Shown: piece after piece, positions 58,991 through 64,000 of the stretch
Numbering within the stretch: position 1 is the stretch's first letter
How the letters are laid out: each line of letters opens with the position of its first letter
Position numbers and translations under genes: made by a program
Notes under the pieces: model-generated
The model's input: only the letters and a program-made list of their open reading frames with translations
Told to the model about the DNA's origin: nothing
Databases searched by the model: none
From: an uncultured Candidatus Saccharibacteria bacterium
Lineage (GTDB): Bacteria; Patescibacteriota; Minisyncoccia; UBA6257; GWB1-50-10
Assembly (NCBI GenBank): GCA_964449245.1
Contig: CAYUXY010000001.1
Coordinates: forward strand, 66,838 to 130,837
Reading direction: 5' to 3'
DNA: 64,000 bases

Positions 58991-60259
58991 ATGGCAAAGA
59001 TAACGAGAGTAAAATTTAAAAACGGACTTAGACTCATAATTATTCCGGAAAAAGAAGCGCTGACGACAACGGTGGCTATTTTGGTTTCAGCAGGTTCCAA
59101 ATACGAATCTAAAAATATAAGTGGTGTATCTCATTTTCTTGAACACATATGTTTTAAGGGAACTTCAAAATATCCGAATCCGGAGGATATATCAGGTGAG
59201 CTTGACGGGCTTGGCGCGCATTATAATGCGATGACCGGATACGAACATACGTCGTATTATGCGAAAGTTAGGAACAAAACCTTTAAGGAAGTTTTTGATG
59301 TTGTATCAGATATCTATTTAAATCCGATTATTAGAGATAAAGATGTTGATACTGAGCGAGGAGTGATTATTGAAGAAATAAATATGTATGAGGACGTGCC
59401 GAGACAAAAAGTATCCGACGTGTTTATGGAGTTGCTTTACGGAAATCAGCCCGCAGGTCGTAATATTTTGGGAACAAAGGATACTGTCGGTAAATTAAAA
59501 AAGGAAGATATAGTAGCGTATAGAAATGCTAATTATCTTCCGGAATCAACGGTAGTTGTCGTATCCGGCGGTATTCAAGCTCCAACCGCGCTCTCGTCCG
59601 TAAGTAAAAGTTTTTCTAAATTGCAAAGCGGAGCGAAAATGAAAAAGGAGAGGGTAGAAGAATTTCAAACATCTCCCGCAGAAAAATGTTTGTATCAAAA
59701 ATCAGAACAAACGCATGTTATACTCGGCGTCCGTACGTTCGGCATAAATGATAAGAGGAAATATGCGCTTGAGGTGCTATCGGAAATTCTGGGAGGTGGA
59801 ATGAGTTCAAGACTTTTTATAAAAGTCAGAGAAAAGTTAGGCGCGGCGTATTATATCGATGCATCTTCAGATATGCTTTCCGACCACGGGATGCTGACTG
59901 TTTCTGCGGGCATAGATCACAAAAAAATTGATATTGTGATAGGCGCAATAGTCGATGAATTTAAAAGAATGAAGAAGGAAAAAGTGGGGGCAAAGGAGCT
60001 GGAAAAAGCTAAAGAGCATTTAATAGGAAATCTGTTTATGTCTATTGAAACTACGGACGCACTCGGATATTTTTATGGGCTTCAGGAAATAATGGATGAG
60101 AAGCTGGTTTCTCCTAATGAAATGGCAAAAAAGATAAAAGCCGTAACGGCAGACGATATTATAAAAGTTGCCAAAGACGTGATTAAAAACAATAATTTAA
60201 ACCTTGCTCTCGTTGGTCCTTTCAAAAACAGAAGTTTTCTTGATATATTAAAGGTATAG
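58991..60259 (+). CDS. M16 (pitrilysin) family peptidase
   Basis: HFLEH inverted zinc motif, ERGVIIEEI, GGGMSSRLF..VRE. Confidence 0.92.
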   Translation: MAKITRVKFKNGLRLIIIPEKEALTTTVAILVSAGSKYESKNISGVSHFLEHICFKGTSKYPNPEDISGELDGLGAHYNAMTGYEHTSYYAKVRNKTFKEVFDVVSDIYLNPIIRDKDVDTERGVIIEEINMYEDVPRQKVSDVFMELLYGNQPAGRNILGTKDTVGKLKKEDIVAYRNANYLPESTVVVVSGGIQAPTALSSVSKSFSKLQSGAKMKKERVEEFQTSPAEKCLYQKSEQTHVILGVRTFGINDKRKYALEVLSEILGGGMSSRLFIKVREKLGAAYYIDASSDMLSDHGMLTVSAGIDHKKIDIVIGAIVDEFKRMKKEKVGAKELEKAKEHLIGNLFMSIETTDALGYFYGLQEIMDEKLVSPNEMAKKIKAVTADDIIKVAKDVIKNNNLNLALVGPFKNRSFLDILKV

Positions 60260-60264
60260 AGATT

Positions 60265-61287
60265 ATGCTAAAAAATACTTTTAACTTAGAAGTCAGCTGG
60301 CACACCCTTTGGAGAGTGTTGATTTTTGGCGCCGTAGTCTCTGTTTTATATCTCGCGAGAGGAGTTCTCGGAGTATTATTCGCATCAGTCGTGATATCTC
60401 TCGGGATAGACCCGATTGTTTCATATCTCGAAAAGAAGAGAGTGCATAGAATATTAGGCACGTTAATAGTTTTCATCATGGCATTTTTAATACTCGGAAT
60501 CGGAATATATTTTATAATTCCTATATTTGCCGTAGAAATGAGCTCTTTTCTTGAGCATTTCCATGAATTTATGTCCGCAACGTTTGGCATAGGTTTTCCG
60601 GATAATGTAGTTGATGCCCTTACTTTCGGGAAAGAAAAATTATTTGATTATCTTTCTGTCGCGGACATTTCGGTTGCGGCTACGTTTTCTAAATTTTTGG
60701 AAACAGCCATATATTTAGTCGTAACGGTGCTTACTACGTTTTATCTCTCGGTGGAGAAAAACGGCACAGAAAGATTATTCCGCGTAGTATTGCCGGATGT
60801 ATATGAAGCGCCGGTTTTAAAAGTATTTAACAGATTTAAATTAAAGATAAGGCGATGGATGGCTGCTCAGCTTAGCCTGAGCATAATTGTCGGAATTATT
60901 TCCGGAATAGGGCTTATGGCGCTCGGTGTCCGCTACGGTTTTATATTGGGAATTTTAGCGGCAATATTTGAAATCGTTCCGATTATAGGGCCGATTATGG
61001 TTGGCATCATAGCGTTTCTCGTCGCCGTATCTGATTCGTTGTTGCTCGGAGTGTACGCGCTCTTGTTTTGCTTTATCGTTCAACAGCTCGAAAATAATAT
61101 TTTGACTCCGCTTATAATGGGGAAAAGTATGAAGATTCATCCTGTAGTTGTGCTTATGGCCCTTCTTGCCGGAGGCAAACTTGCCGGATTCGTCGGAATC
61201 GTACTTGCTGTGCCAATCGCCGTTATCGCGCAAGAAATTTTCAATTATCTCGCGGAGGCAAAAGATCGACGCACATATCTCGTATAA
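60265..61287 (+). CDS. AI-2E family transporter
   Basis: Polytopic; EIVPIIGP, QQLENNILTP, IHPVVVL, GFVGIVLAVP. Confidence 0.9.
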   Translation: MLKNTFNLEVSWHTLWRVLIFGAVVSVLYLARGVLGVLFASVVISLGIDPIVSYLEKKRVHRILGTLIVFIMAFLILGIGIYFIIPIFAVEMSSFLEHFHEFMSATFGIGFPDNVVDALTFGKEKLFDYLSVADISVAATFSKFLETAIYLVVTVLTTFYLSVEKNGTERLFRVVLPDVYEAPVLKVFNRFKLKIRRWMAAQLSLSIIVGIISGIGLMALGVRYGFILGILAAIFEIVPIIGPIMVGIIAFLVAVSDSLLLGVYALLFCFIVQQLENNILTPLIMGKSMKIHPVVVLMALLAGGKLAGFVGIVLAVPIAVIAQEIFNYLAEAKDRRTYLV

Positions 61288-61294
61288 TTGAATT

Positions 61295-62776
61295 ATGGAA
61301 AAGAAAAAGTGTTACGTAACAACGACTCTGCCGTACGTTAACGCCGTGCCTCATATGGGCCACGCGCTCGAATGTGTAGAGGCCGATGCGTTCGCACGCG
61401 CTCGTAAAATATTCGGCGATGAAGTTTTTTTCAACGTTGGGACCGACGAACACGGGCTGAAGATTTATAGGCGCGCGCTGGAAGACGGGCTTTCGCCGAA
61501 AGAATATACCGACAGCTATGCAGAAAAATTTAAAGATTTTTTCAGGTTGTTAAATATAGAATATACGGCGTTTGTACGGACGACAGACGAGTACCACATA
61601 AAAGCCGCGCAAGGATTTTGGAAAAGATGCGCGGAGAACGGCGATATTTATAAAGGTACATATAAAGCGAAGTATTGTGTCGGTTGCGAACTTGAAAAAA
61701 CAGATTCGGAGTTGGAAAACGGGAAATGCCCGTTTCATATAAATCAGAACATAGAAGAAATAGAAGAAGAAAATTATTTTTTCAGATATTCAAAATATAC
61801 GGAACGTCTGTCGGAGTTATACGAAAAAAATCCTGAATTTGTCGTACCGGCGCATAGACTGAAAGAAATAAAAACATTTGTATTGAGTGGGCTTAAAGAT
61901 TTCAGTATTTCTCGTTTAAAATCAAAAATGCCATGGGGAATTCCTGTTCCGGAAGATGAAGATCACGTTATGTATGTCTGGTTTGATGCTCTCGTAAATT
62001 ATATTTCAACATTAGGATGGGGAACCGACGATGGCAAAAAATTTTCAGACTTCTGGGGCACTAAAGATACGCCCAACGCAATTCAATTTGCCGGCAAGGA
62101 CAATTTGAGACAGCAATCGGCGATGTGGCAGGCAATGCTTATGTCGGCCGATTTGCCGTTATCAAAGCAGATTTTTATACACGGATATATAAACGGCAAA
62201 GGCGGACAAAAAATGTCAAAAAGTCTCGGTAATGTTGTCGATCCCGTTTTAATCGCGCAAAAATTTGGAACTGACGCCCTAAGATATTTTCTGCTTCGCG
62301 AAATAAGGCCGTTCGAGGACGGAGAATTTTCGTTGGAAAGGTTTACGGAGTCGTATAATGCAGGGCTATCCAAGGGATTGGGAAATATGGTAAGCAGGGT
62401 TTTGAAAATGGCGAGGAACGCGGGAGTCGAATTTATTTCAGAAGGGAAAGATATTCAAAATATAGGCAGGATAAAAGAATATGAATCGGCAATTTTAAAC
62501 TTTGAATTCCAAGTCGCAATGGATATGATTTGGGAAAAAATACAAATTGCGGACAGATTTATAGAGGAAAAAGAGCCGTTTAAGCTTATCAAAACAGACG
62601 AAGTTTCTGCAAAAAAAGACATATCTGAACTCCTTGAGTCTGTGTGGGAAATTGCGGAGTTACTGCGACCATTTATGCCCGAAACAAGTAAAAAGATATT
62701 AAGTCTTTTGTTTTCCAAAGAACAAGAAATAGCGCCATTATTTCCGAGAATTGAAACATTGCCCGCAGAAAAATAA
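61295..62776 (+). CDS. metG: Methionine--tRNA ligase (short form)
   Basis: YVNAVPHMGH, GTDEHG, YVWFDALVNY, KMSKSLGN. Confidence 0.96.
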   Translation: MEKKKCYVTTTLPYVNAVPHMGHALECVEADAFARARKIFGDEVFFNVGTDEHGLKIYRRALEDGLSPKEYTDSYAEKFKDFFRLLNIEYTAFVRTTDEYHIKAAQGFWKRCAENGDIYKGTYKAKYCVGCELEKTDSELENGKCPFHINQNIEEIEEENYFFRYSKYTERLSELYEKNPEFVVPAHRLKEIKTFVLSGLKDFSISRLKSKMPWGIPVPEDEDHVMYVWFDALVNYISTLGWGTDDGKKFSDFWGTKDTPNAIQFAGKDNLRQQSAMWQAMLMSADLPLSKQIFIHGYINGKGGQKMSKSLGNVVDPVLIAQKFGTDALRYFLLREIRPFEDGEFSLERFTESYNAGLSKGLGNMVSRVLKMARNAGVEFISEGKDIQNIGRIKEYESAILNFEFQVAMDMIWEKIQIADRFIEEKEPFKLIKTDEVSAKKDISELLESVWEIAELLRPFMPETSKKILSLLFSKEQEIAPLFPRIETLPAEK

Positions 62777-63648
62777 TGTCGGAATATAAAATAAAATATT
62801 TTGATTCTCATACGCATCCGAATTTTAAAGCGTATGAAGAAGATTTAGATATTGTTATGGAAAGAACGCTTATAAATGGCGTTGGTTTTGTAGTTGCGGG
62901 CTCCAAAGCGACGACATCGGAAAGCGCCGTCAGACTTGCGGAAAAATATGCCGATTTGCCGATCTTCGCCGCAGTGGGTCTCCATCCGATTCATACGGCG
63001 CCATCGTTTCACGATGACGACGAAGATGGCGTCGCGGATAATTCAGGAGAGAAATTCGACGAAAGTTTTTATGGCAATCTACTAAAATCAAAAAAAGTCA
63101 TTGCAATAGGTGAGTGCGGACTCGATTATTTTCATTTGCCGGATGACGAAAAGGATGCGGAACACAGAAAAAAAATACAGATGGAAGAATTTATGCATCA
63201 AATCGAGTTTGCGAAAAAAAATAAAAAACCGCTCGTTATTCATTGTAGGGATGCATATAAAGATCTCGCCGAAATTCTTTCAAAATTTCCTCCGTCTTCG
63301 GATAACTCGCATTACATAATTCACTGCTTTTGCGGAACAGTTTCCGAAGCCGATATGTTTATGGAGATGAATTGTTTTTTCACTTTTGGCGGGGCGATAA
63401 CATACGCTCCAAAAAAAGGCGGAGCGGATTATGCGGAGACGATAAAGCACGTTCCGTTTAACCGAATTTTAAGCGAAACCGACGCTCCGTATCTTGCTCC
63501 AATTCCGTATAGAGGAAAGAGGAATGAACCTGTTTTTATGTCTGAAACGGTTAAAAAAATGGCGGAAATAAGGGGTGTGAGTTTGGAAGAAATGCGAGTG
63601 CAGATATTAAAAAATTCCGAAGAGGCGTTTCATATCAATCTCTCATAA
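62776..63648 (+). CDS. tatD: TatD family hydrolase/DNase
   Basis: DSHTH, GLHP, IGECGLDY, IHCRDA, IHCF, ETDAPYLAP. Confidence 0.94.
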   Translation: MSEYKIKYFDSHTHPNFKAYEEDLDIVMERTLINGVGFVVAGSKATTSESAVRLAEKYADLPIFAAVGLHPIHTAPSFHDDDEDGVADNSGEKFDESFYGNLLKSKKVIAIGECGLDYFHLPDDEKDAEHRKKIQMEEFMHQIEFAKKNKKPLVIHCRDAYKDLAEILSKFPPSSDNSHYIIHCFCGTVSEADMFMEMNCFFTFGGAITYAPKKGGADYAETIKHVPFNRILSETDAPYLAPIPYRGKRNEPVFMSETVKKMAEIRGVSLEEMRVQILKNSEEAFHINLS

Positions 63649-63698
63649 TTTGAGAAAAAGAGAGGCTCGCTGTAGAATTGAATTCATACGCATCGAGT

Positions 63699-64000
63699 AT
63701 GAAAAAATATGATTTTTCCGGCATAGAGAAAAAATGGAGTAGGGTCTGGAGCGAACGCAAGACATACGAACCGGAATTTAACGGTGAAAAAACGAAAAAA
63801 TTTTATAATTTAATGATGTTCCCGTATCCTTCTGCGGAGGGTCTTCATGTCGGGAATATGTATGCATTTACGGGTACGGATATATTCGGAAGATACAAAA
63901 GAATGCACGGTTATGACGTATTTGAACCAATAGGGCTTGATGGATTCGGTATTCATTCGGAAAACTATGCGATGAAAATAGGGACGCATCCGGTAAAGCA
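63699..64000 (+). CDS. leuS: Leucine--tRNA ligase, N-terminal part (runs off window end)
   Basis: Read by hand: MKKYDFSGIEKKW...MMFPYPSAEGLHVGN...DGFGIHSEN. Confidence 0.88.
   Translation, partial: MKKYDFSGIEKKWSRVWSERKTYEPEFNGEKTKKFYNLMMFPYPSAEGLHVGNMYAFTGTDIFGRYKRMHGYDVFEPIGLDGFGIHSENYAMKIGTHPVK

Noticed and set aside
378-63319. Numerous short overlapping ORFs in the six-frame track (e.g. 39424-40068, 51013-51669, 16513-17073)
   Set aside because: They are antisense or alternate-frame shadows of well-supported genes with no recognisable motifs.
1-64000. Alternative genetic code (UGA=Gly)
   Set aside because: Conserved genes are uninterrupted under code 11, and several (dedA-like, glyA, yraN) end in TGA at the expected length.

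Overview
A 64-kb chromosomal segment (genetic code 11; TGA is used as stop) from a small-genome bacterium. The gene content, leaderless-gene architecture and tRNA set point to Patescibacteria/CPR, probably Parcubacteria; this assignment is inference. Most of the window is housekeeping: rsmA, comM, pnp, rpsO, a Xer-type recombinase, gyrA, rpsA, arfB, ftsH, glyA, folD, recA, ftsK, yraN, nusA, hppA, valS, tsaD, recO, glyQS, metG, tatD, partial leuS and five tRNAs. Woven into it is a chromosomally domesticated, monoderm-conjugation-like type IV secretion apparatus. It has VirB4-, PrgI/VirB3- and VirB6-like genes at 1-10 kb, and four tandem VirB2-like pilins behind an orphan solute-binding protein at 19-22 kb; no relaxase is visible. 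The most unusual signals are non-coding: (1) a tRNA-Phe-linked 179-bp tandem repeat that regenerates the tRNA 3' end and carries an antisense copy of the T-arm; (2) a dispersed family of composite elements built from heptamer arrays plus GC-rich palindromic cores, two of which flank rpsA in inverted orientation; (3) palindromic direct repeats before yraN; (4) a candidate structured RNA with alternative terminator/antiterminator folds before recO; (5) a rare tRNA-Ile(UAU); (6) an apparently Shine-Dalgarno-free initiation scheme, with either a -10 box 5-7 nt before the start codon or an AAAGGTCG-like leader motif.
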